Source: a bacterium (GTDB taxonomy: Bacteria; UBA8248). From it: a stretch of 64,000 bases of DNA. The stretch lies in the NCBI GenBank assembly GCA_963692865.2, contig OY843592.1, forward strand, positions 864,001 through 928,000, in the 5' to 3' direction. Under the pieces are notes generated by a model, which did not search any database, was not told where the DNA came from, and saw nothing but the letters and a program-made list of their open reading frames with translations. Positions 1 to 9,501 of the stretch are shown here, piece after piece. The position numbers were made by a program, and so were the translations under genes. How positions within the stretch are numbered: the first letter of the stretch is position 1; each line of letters opens with the position of its first letter.

Positions 1-115
1 CAACAGGTATTCGAACATGAGCGCGCCTTCCCGCCCGAAAGAGAGCCGAATCACGATGAAAGAGGATTCGATGCTATCATAACCGGGCCGAATGCACGAT
101 CCGATCAGCCTTTCC

Positions 116-909
116 CGGGTTGTTGAAAAGTCTGGATGAATGAGGGTTTGACTCGCCCGACGAGAGGGAAGGAACGACTTCCCATTGAAGGGGATGTTGA
201 AAAGCTTTCCTGACGGAGTAAAGACAACCTCCTTGAGGGGGAAACCCCATAAAGGCACCCCCCCCTACCCCCCCTTGTCAGGGGTCAAACGCGAGTGAGG
301 AACGAGCGTTTGCATAAGCCATCGATGAGAAATGCATCGGCCCGCAATTTCTCGCGCATCGCTCGAAATTGACCCCTGTCAAGGGGGGTTGATATATGCG
401 GCCCTCCCGAAGGGATGGGAGGACACGCAGGTCCTCCCCTACGCAATACGCGATGGGGTTGTAGGGGCGGACCTGTGTGTCCGCCCGCTCGTGAAACAGG
501 GTTTTTCAACAAGCCCCTTGTCAGGAGGGCTTTGATCTTACCCCCCTGTCAGGGGGGTGGTTTTCAAGGCGGGGGGAGGACGAGCAGGGACAGTCCCCCG
601 TGCCTGTCCTATACCGGGGTGAATATGATCGACGGGGGGCCGCCCCTACGGGTGAATGCGGTTTCGTTCGTCATTCCGGCGCATGCCGGAATCCGGGGAC
701 TTTGGTTTTCTGCCTTTGGTTTTTCTCCTTGCCCCTTATGAATGAAAGGGAAGAAAATGCCACCTTGTGATTGCTCTCATCGGCTCTGGATTCCGGCATT
801 CGCCGGAATGACGGTGTGTAATCTCGATTGTAGTGGGCCGTTCGAAAACGGCCCACGTTCGAGAACGGTCCTTGTCCGATAAGGCGGGCGGTTCGCGAAC
901 CGCCCCTAC
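116..909. repeat. Mosaic intergenic repeat locus (TIR ends, CCCC-TTGTCA-GGGG hairpins, GTAG and CGTC REP-like doublets)
   Basis: Left-TIR-like motifs at 116-132 and 190-205, right TIR at 499-517. GTAG doublet 417-442/461-486, CGTC doublet 669-694/788-813, GTAG palindromes 830-856 and 886-909. 209-258 matches the reverse complement of 55760-55808. Confidence 0.85.
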
Positions 910-1097
910 GGATCAATGTGGGGTTGATCGGCGCTCTGCGAAGATGCCGTATCGTATTGCAAGTTCGCCGTGTAAATCCTACAATGCGGTTCAAGCCTTA
1001 CAGATCAGGCGTTGTTCCGGACGATGCAGGCGCTTTGCCGCCGAGGCCGGCGACCCGAGCCGCCGGATAGCGCGCTTTTGTTTCCATTCGAGGAGGG

Positions 1098-2642
1098 ATG
1101 TATATGCTGCGAACAAGTCCCAGGAAATTGATTTGCACCGGAGTAGTATTCATTGCCGCCATCGCCCTGACGTGGGGGCTTTCATGGGCGCAGTCCAAGG
1201 TCGTCTTCATCCACGGGGCGGAGCCGAAGAGTCTCGACAACGCCCTGCACCCGGCGGGCTCCGCCGACCTGAACGTCCAGACGAGCCTCTACGATTCACT
1301 GACCTATCACCGCCTCGACGGCAAGATCGAGGGGCGTCTCGCCACCTCCTGGAAGTTCAAGAACCCCACCACGCTCGTCTTCAAGCTGCGCAAGGGCGTG
1401 AAGTTCCACGACGGAACGCCCTTCAACGCCGCGGCCGTGAAGTTCAATCTCGACAGGACGCGAGGCCACAAGCGCGCCCGTCTGAGGAAGTGGATCGCCA
1501 TGATCAAGAACGTCAGCGTGATCGACGACCACACGGTCGAGATCGGGCTCAAGTATCCCTTCGCCCCCATCCTGCTGAACCTGGGGACGCCGGTCGCCGC
1601 CATCGGCAGCCCGACCGCCATCAAGAAGCACGGCAAGAATTTCAGGCGCAATCCGGTCGGAACCGGCCCGTTCATTTTCGAGAAATGGGTGGCGGGAGAA
1701 TACATCCGCTTCCGGGCCAACCCGAATTACTGGGACGGGAAACCCAAGATCGACGTTCTCGAATTCCGTCTGGTCCCCGAAGCCACGACGCGGGTATTGC
1801 AGCTTCGCTCCGGCCAGGCCCAACTGGCCATGTTCCTTCCGCCCGCCCAACTCGGCGAAGTGGACAAGGACCCCAAGCTCGACCTGGTGAAAGCGCCCCT
1901 GTTCCGCGTGATCTTCATCGGGATGAGCATGCTCCACAAGCCTTTCGACAACCCGGTCGTCCGCCAGGCGATGAACTACGCCATCGACACGAAGACCATC
2001 ATCGAGAAGGTGATGCTCGGCGTGGGGCGTCCGATTCGGGGTCCCTACGGGCCGACCGTTTGGGGCTACGACCCCGAGTTCGAGAAGATGGGCTACTCCT
2101 ACAATCCCGCCAAGGCGAAGGAGCTCCTGAAGAAGGCCGGGTATCCCAACGGGTTCAGCACCGAGTTCTGGCATCCCACGGGCAGGTACACGGCCGACAA
2201 GGTGGCCGCCGAGGCCATCCAGGCCCAGTTGTCGAAAGTGGGAATCAAGGCCAAGCTCCGCACCGGCTCCTGGGGACTCGTCGCTCCCTCCGTCCGGAAG
2301 GGCAAGGCGCCCATGTTCCTCTACGGCTGGGGCGTATCCACGGGCGACCCCGACATGGTGATGTACAACAAGTTCCACTCGGCCACCCACGGGCGTTCGG
2401 GCAACTATACCCGCTACAAGAACCCCGCGTATGAGAAGATCATCGACAGGGCGCGGCAGATCAACGACGACAAAGAGCGCAAGGCGCTCTACAAGAAGGC
2501 GGCGAAAATGCTGCTGGCCGATCCGCCCTGGGTCTTCTTCAAGCAGGAAGTCATGCTGGTCGGGAAATCCAAGAAACTCAAGGGCGTGATCGTCCACCCC
2601 GGCGAGCGGATTTACTGGCGCAAGGCGTATCTGGAAAAATAG
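1098..2642 (+). CDS. ABC transporter substrate-binding protein, family 5 (DppA/GsiB-like)
   Basis: Signal peptide; LRKGVKFHDGTPFNAAAVKF and PVGTGPF motifs; GGAGG RBS. Confidence 0.9.
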   Translation: MYMLRTSPRKLICTGVVFIAAIALTWGLSWAQSKVVFIHGAEPKSLDNALHPAGSADLNVQTSLYDSLTYHRLDGKIEGRLATSWKFKNPTTLVFKLRKGVKFHDGTPFNAAAVKFNLDRTRGHKRARLRKWIAMIKNVSVIDDHTVEIGLKYPFAPILLNLGTPVAAIGSPTAIKKHGKNFRRNPVGTGPFIFEKWVAGEYIRFRANPNYWDGKPKIDVLEFRLVPEATTRVLQLRSGQAQLAMFLPPAQLGEVDKDPKLDLVKAPLFRVIFIGMSMLHKPFDNPVVRQAMNYAIDTKTIIEKVMLGVGRPIRGPYGPTVWGYDPEFEKMGYSYNPAKAKELLKKAGYPNGFSTEFWHPTGRYTADKVAAEAIQAQLSKVGIKAKLRTGSWGLVAPSVRKGKAPMFLYGWGVSTGDPDMVMYNKFHSATHGRSGNYTRYKNPAYEKIIDRARQINDDKERKALYKKAAKMLLADPPWVFFKQEVMLVGKSKKLKGVIVHPGERIYWRKAYLEK

Positions 2643-2659
2643 CCGCGGATCCGTTACAG

Positions 2660-2700
2660 GCAGCCTCCTGTCCGAACCGAGGGCGGGAGGCTGCTTTTCT
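2660..2700 (+). terminator. Rho-independent terminator
   Basis: GCAGCCTCCTGTCC/GGGCGGGAGGCTGC stem followed by TTTTCT, just after the stop codon. Confidence 0.75.
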
Positions 2701-2753
2701 TTGCGCGCCCGTAAGCACCTCCTGGTGAAACAACTCGGAAAGGGAGAACCTCC

Positions 2754-3377
2754 ATGCCGGACTCCGAAAGACTCCAGAACATGCTCGACAAGTTCGAGAT
2801 TCAGGAAGTGGTCGCCGCCGCGTGTTACTCGCGGGACAAGGGCGATTGGCAGACGCTTCGGGACTGCTATCACCCGGATGGATGCGTGACGGTGAGCTGG
2901 CACTCCGGCCCGGTGGACGAGTTTATCGAACGCTCCGTGAAGATGATGGCGTCCCGAGACCCGCAGGAGTTCACCAAACACGTCAACGCGAACCCGAGGG
3001 TGCGGTTGAACGGGGAGCGCGCGATCATCGAGTACGACGTCATCCTGCACAACCGCCGCATCCTCGACGGGTACGCCTTCGATTTCCACACCTGGAGCTG
3101 CTACCTCGACCAGGTGGAAAAGCGCGCCGATAGATGGCGGATATTCAACCGCACGGCCATCTACGAGAAGGACCGCATGGACGCGCACAATCCGAGGGAA
3201 ATTCCGGATTCTTTCTACGAGGACATGAACCTGGAGCAGTATCCCCTGAACATCCGCTACCACTGCTGGCGCAACGCGCGGACCGGACAGACGCCTCCCG
3301 AGGGAATCACCATCGCAAGGTCCGAGAAGGAAGCCGAAGTGCGCGAGGCGGCCGAGCGTTGGCTGGCCGGCGGGTAG
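2754..3377 (+). CDS. SnoaL-like / NTF2-family protein
   Basis: DK.EI...RD.GDW...YHPD start, then H..N.RV.L.GERA and W.I..R..IYEKD, typical of the SnoaL_4 family. Confidence 0.75.
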   Translation: MPDSERLQNMLDKFEIQEVVAAACYSRDKGDWQTLRDCYHPDGCVTVSWHSGPVDEFIERSVKMMASRDPQEFTKHVNANPRVRLNGERAIIEYDVILHNRRILDGYAFDFHTWSCYLDQVEKRADRWRIFNRTAIYEKDRMDAHNPREIPDSFYEDMNLEQYPLNIRYHCWRNARTGQTPPEGITIARSEKEAEVREAAERWLAGG

Positions 3378-3442
3378 GGGCAGAGGCGATCCGTATGGGG
3401 GTCAATCACTCTTACTTGTCCGGTAGGGTTTGGCGGTTTTGA

Positions 3443-3636
3443 CGTCATTCCGGCGAAAGCCGGAATCCATTTGCGGATGCGGGTGAATACACGGCGGCGT
3501 TTCATTCCCCGCCGATGCGCGGAAGCCCTGACGAAAGGCAAAAGGCGTAAAATGGATTCCGGCTTTCGCCGGAATGACGGTGAACACTCTCGACCGGGGG
3601 GTCAAAAACCCGTTTTGGGGCTTTATCAACAGTCCC
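3443..3636. repeat. CGTC REP-like inverted doublet plus a lone right TIR
   Basis: CGTCATTCCGGCGAAAGCCGGAATCC at 3443-3468, inverted copy at 3554-3579, GGCTTTATCAACAGTCCC at 3619-3636; lies between convergent genes. Confidence 0.85.
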
Positions 3637-3686
3637 TATCCATGAGGGTGGATACGGGGTTCACCCCTATGACTCCCCCCCTTCCC

Positions 3687-4364
3687 TCACGAATAAAACC
3701 GCCGCACCAGCTCATCCAGGCTGAAGTCATCCGCGCGGATGGCGTCGAGGAGGTCGGCTTCTTTGGCGAGAACGCGCTCGGCGGCTTCGGGCGCCTCCGC
3801 CGCGATTTCGGTGGGCACCACGAGCGCGCCGCCCGAGTCCGCGTGGATCAGGTCGCCCGGAACCACGGCCATCCCGCCGACCGAGACGGGCGTGTTCACG
3901 GCCACCACGCGCACGTCGCCGCGCGAGACCGTGGTGCCCGCGCACCAGGTCTTGAAGCCCGCCGCGCGCATCTCTTCCAGATCGCGCACCACCCCGTCCG
4001 TCACCACGCCCTCCGCCCCCAGGCGCGAGAAGAGGTTCGACATGATCTCCCCCCAGAGGCACGCCGAGCGGGGCTTGGGGCCGACGTCCTGCTGCACGAG
4101 GACGCAGGGCTTGGGCGCGGCGGCCACGGCTTCGTAGAGCGCGATGCGCGATGCGTGGGTTCGCTCCTCGCCGGGGGCGTATTCGCTTGTCGTGAACGTA
4201 ACGGCGTAGCCGAGCGCCACGCCCATCTCGGGGAACATGCACTCGATGCTCGCGTCGGTGTGGCCGAGCGTCCTCGGGCGCACGCCGAACGATTCCACCG
4301 CGTTCGAGACCGTGGGCGTGTCGATCGCTTTCAGCTTCGCGAGCGTTTCGTCTGATAGCGTCAT
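3687..4364 (-). CDS. RraA family protein (HMG/CHA aldolase-like)
   Basis: DTPTVSNA, WGEIM, GVVTDGVVRD and PGDLIHAD motifs. Confidence 0.85.
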   Translation of the reverse strand: MTLSDETLAKLKAIDTPTVSNAVESFGVRPRTLGHTDASIECMFPEMGVALGYAVTFTTSEYAPGEERTHASRIALYEAVAAAPKPCVLVQQDVGPKPRSACLWGEIMSNLFSRLGAEGVVTDGVVRDLEEMRAAGFKTWCAGTTVSRGDVRVVAVNTPVSVGGMAVVPGDLIHADSGGALVVPTEIAAEAPEAAERVLAKEADLLDAIRADDFSLDELVRRFYS

Positions 4365-4548
4365 CTGTCGTCTCCTTATTGGATAAGAGGCCGCGCCGCG
4401 CGCGCCTCTCGTGAACCGGGAAGATCGTAACGGGTGGCCTGATTATATGATCGGGAGCGCGAGGAGAGTAGGGGGAGGGGATTTGAGACTGTTGGTAACG
4501 CCCGATGGGGCGCGATCCTCCTCCTCGTCTTGTGCAGCCGCCGCTCCG

Positions 4549-5160
4549 CCTCACCCTGAGTAGCGGCCCTTCGACAGGCCCAGGACAGGCTCCGCTGTCT
4601 CCCCACCTTCCTCACCCTGAGTAGCCGCCGAAGGTAAAACGCGACTGAGAAAGGAGCGTTTGTACCGAAGGGCGAAATTCGCGCTCGCCGGAGGGATGCC
4701 CCCATCCTTCGATACGGCGCTTACGCGCCTACTCAGGATGAGGGTTCGGGGCGCTTGCCCGGGATGAGGGCGTCAAGCGTTCCGCGAAGCCCGATGTCGC
4801 GCGGTGGTCGATTCCGACCGGTTTGCGCGAAGGCCGATTCGGTGGGGGGAGCTTTTTCTGTGGCATGTCCCCCCACCAACTCGCCTGCGGGCTTCGCCCT
4901 TGCCTCGTTGTCGGCCTTCCCGAGGAGGAAAGGTTTTTGTAGGGGCCGCATATCATGCGGCCCGCCTTGTGGAGGCGAAAATCAGGGTCGCATAATATGC
5001 CAGACATATATGTCTGACATACAAACAAATCGTCTCTCTCCGGCTTTTTCAACAGCCCCCTCATGGGGGGAGTGAAATTCGGCGTGTTCCTTCTGTGGAC
5101 TTTTTCAACAGCCCCGGATGAGGGAGGAATCGACCGACCGAGGAGTTTTTCAGCAATCCC
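4549..5160. repeat. Mosaic intergenic repeat locus
   Basis: CCTCACCCTGAGTAG at 4549 and 4610 with inverted partner 4705-4743; partial ~190-bp element 4824-4910; GTAG REP 4939-4963; three tandem right-TIR copies at 5042-5059, 5097-5115 and 5143-5160. Confidence 0.85.
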
Positions 5161-5192
5161 GACTTCTGAACTCCGACTGGATCGGCCCGGCG

Positions 5193-5220
5193 TTGACTGG
5201 CATAACAATTATGTTATATT
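5193..5220 (+). promoter_or_regulatory. sigma70 promoter with overlapping palindromic operator (probable TA autoregulation)
   Basis: TTGACT-16nt-TATATT with extended -10 TG; inverted repeat ATAACA-ATTA-TGTTAT at 5202-5217. Confidence 0.7.
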
Positions 5221-5296
5221 CAATTGACGAGGGCCCACCCGGTATTCCTGCGAACGCTCGCCGCCGAATCACGAGGAGAAGGGATGCATTATTTCC

Positions 5297-5676
5297 GTGC
5301 AGCGCAACGGGCCGAAGACGCCCAGACCGATATGGTGGGTAGGCAGGAGCAAGGATGCGTTTGAGCAATTCCCCATGAGGTGCAGGAGGATGTGCTCTAC
5401 GCCTTGGAAGAAGCGCGATGGGGAGGTAAAGCCTTCTCCGCCAAGCCGCTGAAGGGTTTCAGGGGCGCCGGGGTATTAGAAATTGTTGAAAATCACGACG
5501 GTGACGCGTATCGGGCGATCTACACGGTGAGATTCAAAGAAGCCGTCTGTGTTCTGCACGCCTTTCAAAAGAAATCGAAAAGAGGAATCCAAACGCCTCG
5601 GCGGGAGATGCGGATTATCGAGGCCAATCTCAGGGGATTGATTGAATATATTAAAAATCAAGAAAGTGCGGAATGA
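5297..5676 (+). pseudogene. RelE/ParE (Gp49/HigB-like) toxin, frameshifted at 5371-5374
   Basis: GTG 5297 reads MQRNGPKTPRPIWWVGRSKDAFEQFP; the protein continues in another frame as EVQEDVLYAL...KPLKGF..AGVLEI..YRAIYTV...LHAFQKKSK. One C is missing from a C4 run. Confidence 0.75.
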
Positions 5677-5688
5677 GGAGGTCTATAG

Positions 5689-6024
5689 ATGGGCGAATTT
5701 GAAATTTACAAGGGCAGCGACAACGTCTTCAAAGACCTCGGGCTTCCGAACGCGGATGAGATACAGCTGAGGGCGGAACTCCTGAGAGAGGTATCGAATA
5801 CGATTGAGTCGAGAAAGCTGACGCAGAAAGACGTGATGCGGATTCTCGACATCAAGCAATCCGAGGCGTCCTATCTCATGAACGGGAAGCTCTCGCGCTT
5901 ATCCCGCGAGCGGCTGATCGACTACATGGTCAAGCTGGGCATGACGGTGGAGTTGCGGGTCAAGAAACCGAAGAAGAACGCCCCTCTCAAACCCGGCGCG
6001 CTTGTTTATGTGGGAGCGTCGTAA
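5689..6024 (+). CDS. XRE-family (HTH_37/HigA-like) antitoxin
   Basis: GS.NVF.DLGLP.A start, LTQ...L.IKQSE.S.L..GK HTH; GAGGAGG RBS; directly downstream of the toxin. Confidence 0.85.
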   Translation: MGEFEIYKGSDNVFKDLGLPNADEIQLRAELLREVSNTIESRKLTQKDVMRILDIKQSEASYLMNGKLSRLSRERLIDYMVKLGMTVELRVKKPKKNAPLKPGALVYVGAS

Positions 6025-6062
6025 GAGGCCGAGGCGCCTGCGGGATACCATCGAAGAAGAAA

Positions 6063-6200
6063 TTCACTCCCCCCATTGTTTGGATGTCAATGCGCGTGTA
6101 GGGGTCGCATATCATGCGACCCGTATTGTGAAAGCGAAAAGGCGGGGCCGCATGGTATGCGGCCCCTACAAAAGGAGCGGCAATAACGCCGGAATGACGG
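6063..6200. repeat. GTAG REP-like doublet and repeat remnants
   Basis: TTCACTCCCCCCAT at 6063-6076; GTAGGGGTCGCATATCATGCGACCC 6098-6122 and inverted GGGCCGCATGGTATGCGGCCCCTAC 6145-6169; CGCCGGAATGACG remnant. Confidence 0.8.
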
Positions 6201-6271
6201 CATTGTGGACGGATTCGTCGATGGGGAAAACCTTCTGCGGTTGTCCCTGTTCGGACAGGTCGCGACCCCCC

Positions 6272-6775
6272 CTACCCCATCACGCTCTCCCGCCAGTCGC
6301 GCATGGCGGCGCGGGTGGTGTCGAAGGCGAGCTCGTCGAAGTCGATAGCGTCGGGCGCGACGAGCTTGACCTCGGTGGTCTCGGCGAGCGCGCGGGGGAC
6401 GCCCCCCGTCACGGCGCCCGTGTAGACGATGAGCACGGTGGCGTTTCCCTCGAAGGAGTACACCCCCAGGAGAGCGTCCACCGCCACCTCGACCCCCGCC
6501 TCTTCCATCGCCTCGCGAGCGGCGGCTTCGGATACCACCTCGCCCCGGTTCACGAAGCCGCCCGGGAACGTCCATAGCCCCTTGCCGGGGTTGTGAGCGC
6601 GCCGCACGAGCACGGCCTCGTCACCTACCGTCGCGACAACGCCCGCCGCCACCTTGGGGTCCAGGAAGTGGACGTGGCTGCAGGAGTCCGCGCTGCAGCA
6701 AAGCTGCATGGTGCCGTCCCCTTCCGTCCAGGGGCGGTAGACGAGCGCGCTCCCGCAGGAGACGCAGAATTTCAC
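6272..6775 (-). CDS. NUDIX hydrolase with N-terminal zinc ribbon
   Basis: FCxxCG start; GGFVNRGE..SEAAAREAMEEAG Nudix box. Confidence 0.9.
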   Translation of the reverse strand: MKFCVSCGSALVYRPWTEGDGTMQLCCSADSCSHVHFLDPKVAAGVVATVGDEAVLVRRAHNPGKGLWTFPGGFVNRGEVVSEAAAREAMEEAGVEVAVDALLGVYSFEGNATVLIVYTGAVTGGVPRALAETTEVKLVAPDAIDFDELAFDTTRAAMRDWRESVMG

Positions 6776-6816
6776 CCCGCCTCCCAGATGGGGGTGGGCC
6801 TGGGGGGCGTCGGTGC

Positions 6817-7479
6817 TCAGGTCAGAAATTGTTCGGCTCCGGGCCGGCAGAAGGGGTTGGTGGCTCGCTCGTGGCCGATGGTGGTCTCCGGCCCGTGGCC
6901 CGGATGCACGACGGTGTCGTCCGGCAGGGTGAGCAGTTGCGTCCGGATGCTGTTCAACAATACGCTTCCGTCGCCCATGTAGAGGTCGGTTCGCCCGACG
7001 GAACCCGCGAAGAGCGCGTCGCCGACGATGGCGTGCCCCGGCTCGCCTCCGCTCCCCGGCCGATAGAGCGTCACGTTGCCCGGCGCGTGCCCGTCGGTGA
7101 GCCTGATCTCGAATTCGAGGTTTCCCACAAGGATCGTCTCGCCCGGCACGAGGTGCGCGTCCATCTCGGGAACCGGCGGTTCGGGAAAGCCGTAGCCGCG
7201 CGCCGCGTTCGGCATGTTGCGCAGGTTGAAGAGTTCCGCCTCGTGGAGCAGGTAGGGGATACCGAGCTTTTCCTTGGCCTCCGCGACGCCTTCTGCGTGG
7301 TCGAGATGCGCGTGGGTGCCGATGAGTTTGGTGAGGGTGAGGCCGTGCGCGCGCGCCGCCGCGACCACGCGGTCCACCTCCGCGCCCGGGTCGACGTAGG
7401 CGGCCTCTTTGGTCTCCTCGCAGCCCACGACGTAGCTGTTCATCTGGAAGGGGCCGACGGGTATCCGCTCGAGGATCAA
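6817..7479 (-). CDS. MBL-fold metallo-hydrolase (glyoxalase II/YcbL-like)
   Basis: THAHLDH, GHAPG, GDALF.GSVGRTD and HPGHG motifs. Confidence 0.9.
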   Translation of the reverse strand: MILERIPVGPFQMNSYVVGCEETKEAAYVDPGAEVDRVVAAARAHGLTLTKLIGTHAHLDHAEGVAEAKEKLGIPYLLHEAELFNLRNMPNAARGYGFPEPPVPEMDAHLVPGETILVGNLEFEIRLTDGHAPGNVTLYRPGSGGEPGHAIVGDALFAGSVGRTDLYMGDGSVLLNSIRTQLLTLPDDTVVHPGHGPETTIGHERATNPFCRPGAEQFLT

Positions 7480-7522
7480 GAAAACGTCCTTTCTCGGTAT
7501 GCTTCGCCGAAGCGCGCGCCCA

Positions 7523-8422
7523 CTAGGAATCGGAGGCGAAGATGACGATTTCGATCCTGCGGTTCGTCCGGCGCCCCTCGCGCGTGTCGTTGCTGGCTAT
7601 CGGGCGGAACTCGCCCATTCCCGTAGCCGAGACACGGCGCGGGTCGAGGTTTCCCACCTCGACGAAGTAGCGTAGCACCCGCGTGGCGCGCGCCGCGGAA
7701 AGCTCCCAGTTCGTCTCCCACCGCTCCGCCAGACGGTCGGATATCTGCACGTTGTCGGTGTGGCCCTGCACCTGCACCTCGCGGTTCGCGTAGCGGCGCA
7801 GAAGGCCGGCGAATTTCACGAGCAGGGCCTTGCTTTCGGAGCGGATTTTGGCGCTTCCCGACTTGAAGAGGATGGCGCTCGCGATGCTGATCGACACCCG
7901 GTCGCCCACGCGGCGCACCTCCACGATTCCGCGGCGGCGTTCTCTCGCGAGTTGCGCCTTCATGTCCTTTTCGAGCTGGATCTGAAAGCGAATCCGGTCC
8001 TCGAAGCGAAGGAGCTTCTTTTGCAGGCCGACGAGGTTTTTCTGAAGTTCGCGGACCCGCTTGAGGGCGTTTTCGTACGCGCGCTCGAAGCGTCTGGCCT
8101 TCTTTGCGCTTTCGGTTTGCTGCGTTTGCTGGGAGGTCATGCGCGCGCGCAGGTCGGCCACGCGCGTCTCTATCTGCTGGCCGTGGCGCCTGGCCATGGT
8201 GAGGGACTGGCTGAGTTCCTGATTATCGAGGTCTTTTTGTCTGATTTGCCCTTGGAGTTCGTCTATCTTCCCGTTCAGTTCGTCGATCCGCCTCTGGGAT
8301 TCCGAGAGTTCCTTCCTGAGGTCTGCGGCTTCATCCGTTTTTCGCTCATAGTCTTCGATGCCCACGCAGCCGGTGAGCAGGGCGGCGGCGAGGAAAAATA
8401 AAGCGAGGCGCTGCGTCTGCAT
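7523..8422 (-). CDS. OmpA/MotB-family lipoprotein with long coiled coil
   Basis: Lipobox LTGC; coiled coil; GHTDN, NWELSAARA and NRRIEI motifs. Confidence 0.85.
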   Translation of the reverse strand: MQTQRLALFFLAAALLTGCVGIEDYERKTDEAADLRKELSESQRRIDELNGKIDELQGQIRQKDLDNQELSQSLTMARRHGQQIETRVADLRARMTSQQTQQTESAKKARRFERAYENALKRVRELQKNLVGLQKKLLRFEDRIRFQIQLEKDMKAQLARERRRGIVEVRRVGDRVSISIASAILFKSGSAKIRSESKALLVKFAGLLRRYANREVQVQGHTDNVQISDRLAERWETNWELSAARATRVLRYFVEVGNLDPRRVSATGMGEFRPIASNDTREGRRTNRRIEIVIFASDS

Positions 8423-9463
8423 TTAATCCTCTCCTCTGGACATGAAGCGGGTGGCGTCGGCGACGTCGCGCTTGCTTCCGACGATAAAGGGAACGCGCTG
8501 GTGCAGCTTTTCGGGCTGGATATCCATCACCCGTCGGCGGCCGTCGCTCGCAGCGCCCCCCGCTTGTTCCGCGATGAAGGACATGGGGTTGCACTCATAC
8601 AGTAGGCGTAGCTTGCCGCTGGGGTTTTTCCTGTCGCCCGGGTAGAGGAAGATGCCGCCCTTCAAGAGGTTTCTGTGGAAGTCGGCCACCAGCGAGCCGA
8701 TGTAGCGCCCCGAATAGGGGCGGCCCGATTCGGCGTCCTCCTCTTTTAAGTATGTGATGTACCGGGAGGTGGATTCGTCCCATTTCGAGGAGTTGCCCTC
8801 GTTGATGCTGTATATCCTGCCCCGCTCGGGAATACGGATGTCGGGATGGGAGAGAAAGAACTCGCCCACCGAGGGGTCGAGCGTGAAGCCGTCGACGCCG
8901 TTGCCCGTGGTGTAGACCAGCATGGTGGATGAGCCGTAGATGACGTAGCCCGCGCAGACCTGCGCCGCGCCCGGCTGGAGGAAGTCGCCGATTTCCGTGG
9001 GTCCGCTCCCGCTCTTGCGGCGCAGGATGGAGAAAATCGAGCCGATGCTCACGTTCACGTCGATGTTCGAGGAGCCGTCCAGCGGGTCGTAGAGCACCAC
9101 GTACTCGCCCCCCTCGATGTATTTGCCGGGGACGGCGTAGACCTCCTCCATCTCCTCGCTCGCCAGGGCGGCCACCGAACCCGTGTGGTCGAGGGCCTTT
9201 CGCATCACGTCGTTGGCGTATTCGTCGAGTTTCTGGACTTCCTCGCCCTGCACGTTGAGTTCGCCGGTCAGGCCGAGAATGTCCACGAGGCCCGCCTTGT
9301 TGACCTCGGCGTTGATGATCTTGGCGGCCAGGGTGATCTGCGTGACGAGGCGGGTGAAGAGCCCCCGCGCGCCCGGGTGGTTCCGCTCCTCCTCGCGGAT
9401 GTGGCGCTCGAGCGTCATGCCCTTGAAGTTCGCGGCGCCGATGGCGGCGGCTTCCTGTTGCAT
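8423..9463 (-). CDS. fbp: Fructose-1,6-bisphosphatase class 1
   Basis: [24 protein letters not shown] and GKLRLLYE motifs; start ATG 9463 with AGGAG RBS. Confidence 0.95.
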   Translation of the reverse strand: MQQEAAAIGAANFKGMTLERHIREEERNHPGARGLFTRLVTQITLAAKIINAEVNKAGLVDILGLTGELNVQGEEVQKLDEYANDVMRKALDHTGSVAALASEEMEEVYAVPGKYIEGGEYVVLYDPLDGSSNIDVNVSIGSIFSILRRKSGSGPTEIGDFLQPGAAQVCAGYVIYGSSTMLVYTTGNGVDGFTLDPSVGEFFLSHPDIRIPERGRIYSINEGNSSKWDESTSRYITYLKEEDAESGRPYSGRYIGSLVADFHRNLLKGGIFLYPGDRKNPSGKLRLLYECNPMSFIAEQAGGAASDGRRRVMDIQPEKLHQRVPFIVGSKRDVADATRFMSRGED

Positions 9464-9501
9464 CCTTACTCCTGTTCCCTGGCGGGCGGTTGCACGTCCG
9501 G

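Noticed and set aside
1-18. Start of a minus-strand gene (MFEYLL) running off the window
   Set aside because: Only six codons are visible, too few to support a call
116-909. CRISPR array interpretation of the clustered repeats (also 4549-5160 and 55433-56042)
   Set aside because: The repeats are inverted doublets of several families with no regular repeat-spacer period, and no cas genes are present
285-994. Short ORFs inside repeat loci (also 4729-5208, 10837-11314, 41664-42418, 48956-49364, 55437-55661)
   Set aside because: They are translations of repeat modules (recurring VIPAKAGI and GGHTGPPL strings), not credible genes
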